Shown one piece after another: positions 55,340 through 64,000 of a stretch of DNA of 64,000 nt. Made by a program: the position numbers and the translations under genes. Location of the stretch: NCBI GenBank assembly GCA_035717785.1, contig DASTIG010000226.1:4037-68036 (forward strand). The letters are read 5' to 3'. Every line of letters starts with the position of its first letter. Position 1 is the stretch's first letter. Below the pieces are notes generated by a model, which was given only the letters and a program-made list of their open reading frames with translations, did no database searches and was not told the origin of the DNA. The DNA comes from Candidatus Limnocylindrales bacterium. GTDB lineage: Bacteria > Chloroflexota > Limnocylindria > Limnocylindrales > CSP1-4.

Positions 55340-56293
55340 TCAGTCGCCCGCGGTCTCGCGCAGCGCACGCTCGAACGCCGGAGTCGAGGCATTCGACAGG
55401 AGTCGATCGAAATGATCGCCGGCGTAGGCGACGAAGTCGACATCGAGGGTGCTGATCCCTTGCTGGAGGACGCCCCACATGGCCTCGCGAAAATCGGACA
55501 CGACGCGCATCAGCGACAGGCGCGCCAGGTGGTTGCCGTAGTCAGGGCCCTCATAGGCAGTTACCAGATAGGCGTCGTCATCGGGCGTGAGCTCGTGGTT
55601 GATGCTGAAGTTGCCGAGATCGAAGTAGGGATCGCCCATCCCCGCGTACTCCCAGTCGACGATGCGGATGCGGGTGCCGTCGTCGATGAAGTTCGCGTTA
55701 AGGAGGTCGTTGTGGCAAGGCCGCAGCTCGACGGGGTCGGCCAGGCAGGCGAGCTCGATGCGGCGCCCGCCAGCGGAGGCGAGCTCGTACTCGGGCGGGA
55801 TCGGCACGCCACGGGCTAACGCCAGCGCGCGATACGCCTCCACGATCCGGAGTGGCACGAACAGCCCGGGGATAGCCGGACCCTGGTGGATGCGGCGCAG
55901 CGAATCGGCGATGCGCGCCAGGGTCGCGCGCTCGCGGACCTGCTCGAAACTGAGCGGTGAGCCCTCGATGAAGCGCGTGACGAGGTAGCCCTCCGGTCGG
56001 ATGAAGGCGGTGACCTCCGGCCCGACGCCCACGCCCGCGGCCGCGACCGTCGCGGCGTGCTCGACCTCCCGGCTGATGCCGAGGAGATGCGTGTCGTTGC
56101 CCGCAAGGCGGATGACGTAGCGGTCGGATTCGCCGGGGATCGTGACGAGGAAGTTGCGGTTCGTGATGCCGCCGCTGAGAGCCGTCAGGATCAGCTCGCG
56201 ACCGGCCAGCTCCGGGACGCGCTGCATCGCGCCGACCAGCTGATCGCGGAGTTCGCCGTCCAGGACCTCATCATCGTCATCGGTCATGGGCAA
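55340..56293 (-). CDS. Choline/ethanolamine-kinase-like phosphotransferase (APH fold)
   Basis: Motifs: LSGGITNRNFLV, CHNDLLNANFI (Brenner motif) and IVDWEYAGMGDPYFDLGNF. Confidence 0.8.
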   Translation of the reverse strand: MPMTDDDDEVLDGELRDQLVGAMQRVPELAGRELILTALSGGITNRNFLVTIPGESDRYVIRLAGNDTHLLGISREVEHAATVAAAGVGVGPEVTAFIRPEGYLVTRFIEGSPLSFEQVRERATLARIADSLRRIHQGPAIPGLFVPLRIVEAYRALALARGVPIPPEYELASAGGRRIELACLADPVELRPCHNDLLNANFIDDGTRIRIVDWEYAGMGDPYFDLGNFSINHELTPDDDAYLVTAYEGPDYGNHLARLSLMRVVSDFREAMWGVLQQGISTLDVDFVAYAGDHFDRLLSNASTPAFERALRETAGD

Positions 56294-56378
56294 TCCCTCG
56301 CCTCGCCGCCGTCAGCCGAAAAGGTAGCGGCGCGGCGATCGCTCGCCGCGCCGCATCTCCTCCTCCCGGGAAGTTCGC

Positions 56379-56627
56379 TCAGCCGATGGTCGCCTCGCCG
56401 GTGATCGCATCAGCCGTCTCGACGTCGGCCTTGCGACCACGGACGCTGACCGCGTAGTAGATGACTCCGACGACGAGGAGTGTCCCAACCAGCGTTTCGA
56501 AGATGGGCCACGCGGGCATCCCGGCGATCTCGTTGCGGAAGGGCTTGAGGAACCCATCGATCGTGGGGTTGGTGACCGCTCGACCGGCGCCCGCGAAGAC
56601 GCGGGTTTGGGTCGACCCGGCCCTCAC
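56379..56627 (-). CDS. Small hypothetical single-TM protein (start may be ATG 56519, giving 46 aa)
   Basis: This is an ORF with one hydrophobic helix (FETLVGTLLVVGVIYYAV). No family was recognised. Confidence 0.35.
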   Translation of the reverse strand: MRAGSTQTRVFAGAGRAVTNPTIDGFLKPFRNEIAGMPAWPIFETLVGTLLVVGVIYYAVSVRGRKADVETADAITGEATIG

Positions 56628-56834
56628 CGGTCGATCCGTGCGCGCGAGGATAGCACTGGGTTGCCCGGAGTCAACGCCAGTTTCGGGGGTCGCGGACGGG
56701 CCCGTGCGACGTTCCCGAATCCGCCGCTGGCGGCCGGAGTTCGAGCGAGGCGAGCACCGCGCCGACGAGCTTCTCGGCCACGTCGTCCCGCCGGGCGTCC
56801 TGCCGCTCGTTATCGCTCGTCACGACGGTCATGG

Positions 56835-58256
56835 TCATCGTGCACTCCCCAGTCCAGCCGACGCGGCTTCTCGGAGCGATCCCGGCATGGGCCGGTGGAG
56901 TTCGACCGGCTGGATGTACGCCGTGACCATCTCGCGCGACCCGTTGACGCCCAGCTCCGTGAACAGGAACGAGAACTTGCGGCGCTGGGCGGCAAGGATC
57001 TCGTCCTTCGCCTCTAGATCCCACAGCTCGCGCCTGAACGGCCCGATGGCCTTCTTGCGAGTCGTGTACACGAACTGCTGGTCGGTCTGCTCGGGCTTGC
57101 GCTCATCCGCCGCGTTCTCGAACACCCACGCTTCGATCTTCCTGTGGAGCTCGGCGGGGAACGCCGGGTGCTCGTACAGCGCGTTCTGGAAGCCGGTCGC
57201 CAGGTGGATCTCGGCCGTCTCGACCGCCGGGAAGCGGTGGAACAACTCGTCGGGCAGCGTCGAGGCTCCGTGCTGGACCGCGCCAGCCAGCCCGGCCGAC
57301 CGGGCGACCTCGCCGAGCTCGCGCAGCACCTCGAAATCGAGCTTCACTTCAGCGACGCCGCCGCCGGGCAAAGGAACCCCACCGTGGCTGGTCCCGGTCT
57401 GGACGCTGACCTTGGAGATGCCCTTCGCGCCGCGTGTGCGTTCCGCGAGCTCGCGATCGAAGCCGTCGAGGTACGCGCGCAGCTCCTCGACGGTCGAGTT
57501 CTTATGGCCGACCTCGCCGATCTCGCCCCCGACACTGATCGTGACCCCGTCGGTCTCGAGCGAGCGGATCAGCGCGGTCAGCTCCGCAGCGCGGACGTAG
57601 TTCTCGTGCTGCTGCTCATCGACCGTCGGCTTTGACAGGTCGACCAGAGTCGACGAATCGATGTCGATGTTCCGGTAGCCGGCGTCGACCGCGAGGCGGC
57701 AGGCCCGCCGGATCTCCTCCGTCATGCCCTCGGGGTCGGTGGCGTACTTCTTGGCGTTGAACTGGTAATGGTCGCCCTGGATGAACACCGGCGCCCGCCA
57801 GTTCGCGGCGACCGCCCCGGCGAGGACGGACGTCGCGAAATCGATCGGCCGCTGGAACGTGTAGGTCTGCTCGCTACGGGCGATCTCCAGGATCACCGCG
57901 CCGACGTCGGCGCTCTGGGCGGCATCGAACACGGTCCGGGCCATGTCGAAGGCCTGCGCTCGCAGGTTGATCGCCGGGACCGTGAAGCCCGATACCTCGC
58001 CGCGACCACGTGCCGCGTACAGCTCCTGGATGCTCGCCGAGTGCGCGCCCAGCTCCTGGCTCGCCTCCCAGACCAGCCATTGAGCGGCCTCGGTCGTGGA
58101 CTCATCGGTCGAGAATGCCGCGGTCCAGGCGAGATCACGGATGGTGCCGTCGCGAAAGGCCCGCTCGTCGCCGATCACGAGGCGGTCCCCGTCGAGGTGG
58201 GCCGCATCGCGGATCATCGCCATCAGGTCGGTGGGGCTGGACGCGACGTGGGGCAT
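56835..58256 (-). CDS. Class-II ketose-bisphosphate aldolase family protein (long form)
   Basis: The ATG at 58256 gives MPHVASSP.... Motifs: VPAINL, VFIQGDHY, NIDIDSS, GGEIGEVG and QTGTSHG. Confidence 0.75.
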   Translation of the reverse strand: MPHVASSPTDLMAMIRDAAHLDGDRLVIGDERAFRDGTIRDLAWTAAFSTDESTTEAAQWLVWEASQELGAHSASIQELYAARGRGEVSGFTVPAINLRAQAFDMARTVFDAAQSADVGAVILEIARSEQTYTFQRPIDFATSVLAGAVAANWRAPVFIQGDHYQFNAKKYATDPEGMTEEIRRACRLAVDAGYRNIDIDSSTLVDLSKPTVDEQQHENYVRAAELTALIRSLETDGVTISVGGEIGEVGHKNSTVEELRAYLDGFDRELAERTRGAKGISKVSVQTGTSHGGVPLPGGGVAEVKLDFEVLRELGEVARSAGLAGAVQHGASTLPDELFHRFPAVETAEIHLATGFQNALYEHPAFPAELHRKIEAWVFENAADERKPEQTDQQFVYTTRKKAIGPFRRELWDLEAKDEILAAQRRKFSFLFTELGVNGSREMVTAYIQPVELHRPMPGSLREAASAGLGSAR

Positions 58257-58402
58257 CGGTGGGCGGTCTCCTGAGCGCTCGTTCGGTCCACCCATGGTAC
58301 CGGTCGTGCCGTGACACGCGGGTTGTGTCGACGAGACCCGTGGGTTCCTCATCGAGGATGACGACCAGCGTGCCTTTTACATGCCGCGTCGTGTCTCGGA
58401 AC

Positions 58403-58672
58403 TCATGGTTGCCGCGGCTCGATCGTGACCTCATCGATGAAGCACCACGCCCAATCTTCGCCAGGCTCGAGTGGACGGACGATCGGGTGCCCAGTCCCAC
58501 TGGCATGTGCCGAGGCGTGTCGGTAGGGAGACGAGTCGCAGCAACCGACATGGCCGCACGTCAGGCACATTCGGAGATGGACCCACCACGCGCCGATCAG
58601 GAGGCAGTCTTCGCATCCATCCGCCGACGGCGTGACGTCATGCATCTGATCGAGGTGGCTGCAAACAAGCAT
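58403..58672 (-). CDS. UBP-type zinc-finger protein
   Basis: C/H-rich pattern CSH...CEDC...W.HLR.CLTCGHVGCCDSS...HA..H...GHP. The start could be at 58672 or 58717. Confidence 0.65.
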   Translation of the reverse strand: MLVCSHLDQMHDVTPSADGCEDCLLIGAWWVHLRMCLTCGHVGCCDSSPYRHASAHASGTGHPIVRPLEPGEDWAWCFIDEVTIEPRQP

Positions 58673-58861
58673 CAATCGGACAGCACTCCGCCGCTCCAGC
58701 GAGTCATGGAGGATCACCCACCATGTGCGTCGAGCCGACGTGCTCGCGCTGAACGCAACGTTGCGACGATCAGGAACAACTCATCCTAGCGCTTGCCGGC
58801 TGGGCGATTTGGCGGCTGGTGGTTCCACTAAGATGGCAGCCCCGTAGCGCTAGGAGGTTCC

Positions 58862-59308
58862 ATGAGCACTGAAGACAACAAGGCGGTCGTCCGTCGTTGG
58901 TTTGACGAAGTCTTGAGCCGTGGTGACATGGGCGCGCTCGATTCGATCTGCGCCGAATGCCATCCGCAGTTCGCGGTCATACGCGGCGTGATAGAACCCG
59001 CACCGCTGGGCATGTCAGGTCTCAAGAGCCTCATTACCGGCTTGCGTAGTGCATTTCCCGACCTACAAGCGACAGTGGAGGAGCAGATCGCCGAAGGGGA
59101 CAAGGTCGTGTCGCGTGTGACGATGCGTGGGACGCAACGCGGCGAGTTCAATGGCATGCCAGCGACGGGAAAATCGTTCACCATCTCGGGTGTCAGCATC
59201 TGGGAGGTCCGAGGCAACCTACTCATCCAAGAATGGGTCAATTGGGACGCAATGGGAATGATGCAGCAGCTCGGCGCGATCCCGGCGCCCATGGAAGCCG
59301 CCCGGTAG
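58862..59308 (+). CDS. SnoaL-like ester cyclase family protein
   Basis: TAGGAGG precedes the ATG. MSTEDNKAVVRRWFDEVLSRGDMGALD is the typical ester-cyclase N-terminus. GC is about 58-60% and many codons end in A/T. Confidence 0.8.
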   Translation: MSTEDNKAVVRRWFDEVLSRGDMGALDSICAECHPQFAVIRGVIEPAPLGMSGLKSLITGLRSAFPDLQATVEEQIAEGDKVVSRVTMRGTQRGEFNGMPATGKSFTISGVSIWEVRGNLLIQEWVNWDAMGMMQQLGAIPAPMEAAR

Positions 59309-59393
59309 GCCCCGTCTGGGTGTGCGACAGGTGAGGATCGCCATGTCGAAATCGCACTGAGATCGTGTTCCCCTGACGGGCCGTGATCCGACG

Positions 59394-59882
59394 TCAGAAC
59401 GAGGGCTTCACCACCATCAGGAACACGATCACGACGATCAGCGCGCCAGTGAACATCCCGCCACGCCGGACCCTCGCCACCGCCTCGGGCAGCCCCGGTG
59501 GAGGCCCTGTCGCCCCGGGCGGTGGCGGCGCAGATGTCAGTTCGATGATCCGCTGGACATTCTTTCGCTGAACGAACAGCGAGAAGCCCAGCGCGATCGC
59601 ATACAGCAGGATCGCGAGCAGGAGCCATCGCGACGCAAGTAGATCTCGGCCGCTGATCAGGATGAGTAGGACGCCGGTCACTCCCTGGAAGATCGCAAGC
59701 GGCGCGACGAGCCTGTCGCCGATCCTCGCGGACACGCGCGTCGCGAAGTTGCTGTGCTGCGGCTCCTTGCCTCCCATCGCCCCGATGATCGAGAAGGCGA
59801 ATGTCGGCCCGAAGGCCACGATCGCGCCGAGCGCGTGCAGGAACAGCACCCACGGGAACAACGTCGTGAGGTCCACGACCAC
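59394..59882 (-). CDS. DUF2269-like four-TM membrane protein
   Basis: The pattern PWVLFLHALGAIVAFGPTFAF is present, along with four hydrophobic segments. Confidence 0.65.
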   Translation of the reverse strand: MVVDLTTLFPWVLFLHALGAIVAFGPTFAFSIIGAMGGKEPQHSNFATRVSARIGDRLVAPLAIFQGVTGVLLILISGRDLLASRWLLLAILLYAIALGFSLFVQRKNVQRIIELTSAPPPPGATGPPPGLPEAVARVRRGGMFTGALIVVIVFLMVVKPSF

Positions 59883-59930
59883 CCTCCCTAGCGATCAACC
59901 CCTGGCCCGCGTCCTCGCGGAGGATACGCC

Positions 59931-62030
59931 CTACGACACCCGCTTCGAGCGGCGTCCGACGAAGTCGACCAGCACGTACTCCCCGAGTCGCTCCGGCGTC
60001 GCGTAGAAGGCCCGACCCCGGTTGAGCTTCGTCATGTGGGCGACGAACTCGGCCAGGGCGCGCGACCGCTCGAGCATGAACGTGTTGATCGTGATGCCCT
60101 CCTTCGTACAGCGCTGCACCTCGCGGAGGGTCTCGCTGATGGTGCGCCGGGTCGGCGGGTAGCTGAACTCGACCTGGCCGCCCTCGAAATGGGCGGTCGG
60201 CTCACCGTCCGTGATCACCACGATCTCGCGGTTCGAAGCGGCCTGCCGCGCGAGGATCCGGCGCGCCAGCATCAGCCCGTGTTGGAGGTTGGTGCCGTAT
60301 TCGTAGCCGTGCCAGGTCAGCTCCGCCAGGGCGCCCGGACGGATCTCCCGCGCGTAGTACGCGAAGCCGATGACCGACAGGTGATCGCGCGGGTACTGGG
60401 TCCGGATCAGCGTGTCGAGCGCGACGGCCACTTTCTTGGCCGCCAGGAAGCAGCCGCGCAGCAGCATCGAGCGACTCATGTCCACGAGAAGGACGGTCGC
60501 CGTGCGGGTGAGCTGCTCGGTGCGATAGACCTCGAAATCGTCCGGTGTCAGCCTGACGCCGCGCTCGCCGCGGGCGGCTCGCGCCGCCGGCGCGTTCTCG
60601 TCCCGGACCATGGCGTTGGACAGCGTGCCGCGCAGGTCGAGATGGAACGGGTCGCCGAATTCGTAGGGCTTCGTGGTCTCCTCACGTTCACCGCCACGCC
60701 CCTGCCGATCGATGCGGTGACCGCCGAATGCGTCGCGCTGCAGGCGGGCGAACAGGTCGTCGAGGACCTGCTGGCCGATCTTCCGCGTCCCGCGCGGGGT
60801 CAGCTCGAGCCGCTCGCCGTCGCGCGTCAGGTAGCCGGCTTCCTCCAGGCGCCGGGCGAGGTCGTCGAGGGCGTCGAGGTCGCGCGCCGCGTCGTCGCCC
60901 ATGAGCTCGCGGACCTCGTCGCGGTCGATGGAGGCGAGATCACCGGGCGCTTCGACGTCCATCAGCGAGTCCTCGAGGCGCTCCATGGCCTGCATCCGGG
61001 CGATCTGGGACAGGGCGCCATCGAGTGACAGCGACTCGTCCCCGCTGAACCGCACGCGATCGCCGAGCCCGCCGGGGAGCAACAGGTCGAGGTTCGAGGC
61101 GAGCTGCGCGAGATCGATCACGAGGCGGTCGTCGCGCAACAGGGCTTCCATCATCGATTCGAGCTCGGCGCGCTGCTCCGGGCTGAGCGATCGCATGAGC
61201 GACTGCATCGCCGCCATCCGCTGGGCCAGCTGGTCGATGATGTCGTCGAAGCTCTGGGCGCCCGGGAAGAACCGCCCGTGCTTCGCGAGGAAGTCGCGGA
61301 CGTCCGGGTCCTGCCCACCGATCCGCTGGCGGATGAGGTCGTTGAGGTCGCGGACCATCTCGCGATTCGCGCTGAGATCCTCGGGCGTCATCGATCGGAT
61401 GGCGTCGCTCATCCCCTGCGCGAACTGGTCGAGGACCTGCTTGCTCAGACGTTCGACGAGCTCGTCGAAGCGCTGGCGTGCGTCCTGCTCGAGGAAGTCG
61501 TATTCGCGCAGGTCGCGGATCCGCTCCCCCAGGTCGGCCGGGAGGCCGTCGAGGCGGTCGAGGCGCCGGGCGGCGAGGTCCTGCGCGACGCGGGCGGTGT
61601 CCGCATCGGGCGCGTCTTCGGCGGCCCGCTCCAGGCGTCGCTCCACGCCCGTTCGCTCGTCGGCCACGATCTCCTCGAGCTCGCGCCGGATGTCGCCGAG
61701 CACGTCGCCGAGGTCGTAGCGCTCTCGGAGCTCCTCGCGTCTTCGCGCGAGGCGTTCCATGAGGTCCTGGAGGCCGGGCAGATCAGGACGGGTCGGATCG
61801 CCGCTCCTCCAGCCGCGGTCCATGAGCCTGCGCAGCGCTTCGGCGACGTCACCCTCCGCCATGACGTCGTCGGACAGTGCCTTGAGGATCTCGTCAGCCT
61901 CGAGGTCGGGCAGGCGCTGCGTGCCGTCCCACCGCGAATATCGGGCACGCCGGGCAAGCTCCCCGCTGGGGTCGTCCGGTCGCGGGACGCGGCCCGACAG
62001 GTCACGCGGGTCGGGCGAGTAGCCGGTCAT
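59931..62030 (-). CDS. Large vWA-domain protein (COG4867-like partner of a ChlI-like ATPase)
   Basis: It has a long acidic helical N-terminal region and a C-terminal vWA domain with a MIDAS-like VLLVDMSRSM motif and a later ITDGEPTA motif. Confidence 0.8.
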   Translation of the reverse strand: MTGYSPDPRDLSGRVPRPDDPSGELARRARYSRWDGTQRLPDLEADEILKALSDDVMAEGDVAEALRRLMDRGWRSGDPTRPDLPGLQDLMERLARRREELRERYDLGDVLGDIRRELEEIVADERTGVERRLERAAEDAPDADTARVAQDLAARRLDRLDGLPADLGERIRDLREYDFLEQDARQRFDELVERLSKQVLDQFAQGMSDAIRSMTPEDLSANREMVRDLNDLIRQRIGGQDPDVRDFLAKHGRFFPGAQSFDDIIDQLAQRMAAMQSLMRSLSPEQRAELESMMEALLRDDRLVIDLAQLASNLDLLLPGGLGDRVRFSGDESLSLDGALSQIARMQAMERLEDSLMDVEAPGDLASIDRDEVRELMGDDAARDLDALDDLARRLEEAGYLTRDGERLELTPRGTRKIGQQVLDDLFARLQRDAFGGHRIDRQGRGGEREETTKPYEFGDPFHLDLRGTLSNAMVRDENAPAARAARGERGVRLTPDDFEVYRTEQLTRTATVLLVDMSRSMLLRGCFLAAKKVAVALDTLIRTQYPRDHLSVIGFAYYAREIRPGALAELTWHGYEYGTNLQHGLMLARRILARQAASNREIVVITDGEPTAHFEGGQVEFSYPPTRRTISETLREVQRCTKEGITINTFMLERSRALAEFVAHMTKLNRGRAFYATPERLGEYVLVDFVGRRSKRVS

Positions 62031-62051
62031 GCCCAGGCCCTGCAGACCTGC

Positions 62052-62240
62052 TGACCCACGGTCAACGATTTGGGGCGAAACGCCCTGGCTGGGCCCAGTT
62101 GTGCCGATATCGCGGCCCGGTGGTGACCGACAGTCACCAAGGGCGGGGCTTCGAAGTGGTTGCCCACCGTTCGTGATCGAAACGTTGACCGGCGGTCAAC
62201 GAACGGCGTGGCATCCGTCCAAAACGTTGTCCGACGGTCA
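62052..62240. repeat. Cluster of four related palindromes in the ATPase-vWA spacer
   Basis: TGACCcacGGTCA at 62052-62064. GGTGACcgacaGTCACC at 62122-62138. The perfect 19-nt palindrome CGTTGACCGgCGGTCAACG at 62183-62201. The degenerate copy CGTTGTCCGACGGTCA at 62225-62240. Confidence 0.8.
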
Positions 62241-62289
62241 GGGCAGGTTCGCGAGCCCGGGAATTGCAGCCCCCACGCTCCCGATCGGG

Positions 62290-63735
62290 TCACCGGTGGT
62301 AGACCGTGCCGCCCGCGACCCGCTCCTTGTTCAGCCGGCGTGCGAGGTGGAGACCTTCGAGCAGGAACTCGACCGCCGACGCGACGACCGCGGGCTCCTC
62401 GGCCCCGTCGGTGACGTCGAACGTGCCGAGACCCGCCACGGCGTCGTCCATCCCGGGTACCTCGCGCAGCCACGCGACGTACTCGCGCGATGGCGTCCGC
62501 TCACCCGTCTCGACGATGAAGCCGTCCTCGAACGCCTCGACGATCGGGTCGAGGTCGTCGAGGGTCACGCGCCGGTTGAACGTCGCGTAGAGGGCCTTCG
62601 TGATGAGGCGCTCCACGACGCGCTCCTCGGGCGCCTCGTCGCCGACCGATTCGAGCTCGACCTTGCCGACGGTCGAGGCGACGACCGCGCCGAGATCCGA
62701 GACGCGCGGCGCCCCGACGGCTTCGCCGAGACGCACGGCGCGTTTGAGAGCGGCTGCCTCGAGGACCTCCATGTTCGCGACCGAGACCCGCACCGACACG
62801 CCCGAGCGCTGGCTGATCTCCGGGGAGCGGCGGGCGAGGTGGGTGATCTCGGCGACGACCTCCTCCATGAACGGCGGCACGACCACCGTCGGAGCTGCAC
62901 GCTCGGGATCCGTATCGCCCACCGCGAAGCGATGCTTCTCCTGCGCCACGATCGACAGCTCGTCGTCGAGGGAGCGTGGGTAGTGCGTCCGGATCTGCGA
63001 TCCGAGCCGGTCCTTGAGCGGGGTGATGATTCGGCCGCGCGACGTGTAGTCCTCGGGGTTTGCGCTCGCGACGACGTACAGGTCCAGCGGCAACCGCACG
63101 ATGAAGCCGCGGATCTGGACGTCGCGCTCCTCGAGCACGTTCAGCAGCCCGACCTGGATCCGCTCCGCCAGATCGGGCAGCTCGTTGATCGCGACGATGC
63201 CCCGGTTCGCCCGCGGGATCAGCCCGTAATGGAGCGTCAGCTCGTCGGACAGGTAGCGACCCTCCGCGACCTTGATGGGATCTACCTCGCCGATGAGGTC
63301 GGCAATCGTGATATCCGGTGTCGCGAGCTTCTCGGCGTAGCGCCGGTCGCGTGGCAGCCAGTCGATCTGCGCGTCGTCGCCGTCGCGCTCGATGACCGCG
63401 CGAGCCGCTGGTGAGACGGGGGCGTATGGGTCGTCGTTCAGGTCGCCGCCGCGAACGACCGGCAGCCATTCGTCGAGCAGCCCAACGAGCAGTCGCGCCA
63501 TGCGCGTCTTGGCCTGGCCGCGTTCGCCGAGGAAGACCAGGTCGTGCCCGGCGAGGATCGCGTTCTCGATCGCGGGGACCACGGATTCCGAGTAGCCCAC
63601 GATCCCGGGCAGCACCTCGCCACCGGAGCCGAGCCGTTCGAGGAGGTTCGAGCGGAGCTCCTCCTTGACGGTCCGCGAGCGCCACCCGGCGGCCCGCAGC
63701 TCGGCGATCGTGGCGGGGCGCGCGGGGGTCGGCAT
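62290..63735 (-). CDS. ChlI/BchI-like (Mg-chelatase-type) AAA+ ATPase
   Basis: The ATG at 63735 gives MPTPARPATIAELRAAGW.... Walker A-like VFLGERGQAKTRMARLL and Walker B IVAINELPDL are present, as is LLNVLEERDVQIRG. Confidence 0.8.
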   Translation of the reverse strand: MPTPARPATIAELRAAGWRSRTVKEELRSNLLERLGSGGEVLPGIVGYSESVVPAIENAILAGHDLVFLGERGQAKTRMARLLVGLLDEWLPVVRGGDLNDDPYAPVSPAARAVIERDGDDAQIDWLPRDRRYAEKLATPDITIADLIGEVDPIKVAEGRYLSDELTLHYGLIPRANRGIVAINELPDLAERIQVGLLNVLEERDVQIRGFIVRLPLDLYVVASANPEDYTSRGRIITPLKDRLGSQIRTHYPRSLDDELSIVAQEKHRFAVGDTDPERAAPTVVVPPFMEEVVAEITHLARRSPEISQRSGVSVRVSVANMEVLEAAALKRAVRLGEAVGAPRVSDLGAVVASTVGKVELESVGDEAPEERVVERLITKALYATFNRRVTLDDLDPIVEAFEDGFIVETGERTPSREYVAWLREVPGMDDAVAGLGTFDVTDGAEEPAVVASAVEFLLEGLHLARRLNKERVAGGTVYHR

Positions 63736-63745
63736 CGCTGGGACC

Positions 63746-64000
63746 TCAGTTGGTGGCGAGGACGCTGGATGGATCGGCGGTCGTGGCTCGGAAGCCTTCG
63801 ATGGCGGCGCGGACCGCCTCGAAGTCGACGATGCCGGCCTCGGCGAGACCGGCGAGATAGTCGCGGCGACGATCGACATCGACTTCGAAGTCGCCCGGGC
63901 GCCGCTCGACCCGCTGCGCGAGCTCGGGGATGATGCCCCAGCCGAAGTGCTCGAACCGGTCGCCGTCGGGGTCCCAGGTGGCCAGCACAGCCGGCCCGAG
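63746..64000 (-). CDS. Hypothetical protein, 5'-truncated by the window end
   Basis: The frame is open to the window edge and G/C third-position content is high. Its stop lies 11 nt upstream of the ATPase start. No family was recognised. Confidence 0.5.
   Translation of the reverse strand, partial: LGPAVLATWDPDGDRFEHFGWGIIPELAQRVERRPGDFEVDVDRRRDYLAGLAEAGIVDFEAVRAAIEGFRATTADPSSVLATN

Noticed and set aside
62027-62289. Possible small ORF in the ATPase-vWA spacer whose TGA overlaps the vWA ATG (ATGA, as in translational coupling)
   Set aside because: In-frame starts would give only 36-46 aa of undistinguished sequence. Hand-counted G/C third-position content is about 74%, against over 90% in the flanking genes. 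The segment is dominated by palindromes, so it was treated as non-coding.

Overview
High-GC (about 70%) chromosomal window from a Gram-positive-type (Terrabacteria) genome, probably a deep-branching Actinomycetota or Chloroflexota lineage; phylum cannot be fixed from this window. I support about 55 protein genes, one tRNA and one T-box riboswitch. No CRISPR array, transposase, integrase or rRNA was seen. Many long ORFs in the six-frame track are high-GC antisense or out-of-frame shadows and were discarded. Gene order by coordinate: (1) serine-pathway genes: class-V aminotransferase, serA, histidine-phosphatase. (2) An ankyrin-repeat protein. (3) A MoxR ATPase - DUF58 - transglutaminase triad. 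(4) An fhaA-fhaB-rodA-pbpA cell-wall operon with no pstP or pknA/B in the window. (5) A divergent triple-zinc-ribbon protein with an Ala/Glu/Gln-rich centre. (6) yihY, then an HTH protein, an FmdB zinc ribbon and an unknown zinc-ribbon protein. (7) A glycoside cluster: GH13 alpha-glucosidase, Gfo/Idh/MocA oxidoreductase, GH38 alpha-mannosidase, sugar ABC binding protein and two permeases, and an EEP-family gene with no canonical start codon. (8) valS behind a Val T-box leader, a lone ftsZ, and tRNA-Leu(UAG)-tig-clpP-clpX. (9) A holin-like membrane protein pair and cinA. (10) A possible cAMP module: Crp-family regulator, MBL-fold hydrolase, and mrp followed by an adenylate cyclase/AAA protein. 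(11) An XRE regulator and a polyamine potADBC operon with a class-III aminotransferase. (12) An IMPase-family gene coupled to a dimethylglycine/sarcosine-dehydrogenase-like gene, an SRPBCC protein, a choline-kinase-like protein and a class-II aldolase. (13) A lower-GC islet: zf-UBP, SnoaL-like and DUF2269 proteins. (14) A ChlI-like AAA ATPase and a large vWA protein separated by a palindrome-rich 260-nt spacer. The most interesting items: a possible N-terminal membrane anchor on FtsZ; the Crp-type palindrome placed between two apparently leaderless divergent genes; the palindrome-rich spacer inside the ATPase-vWA unit; the kinase- and phosphatase-less fha operon with its zinc-ribbon neighbour; and the EEP gene whose catalytic N-terminus lies in frame right after the permease TAG stop. 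All functional calls come from motif recognition by eye; no database search was run.
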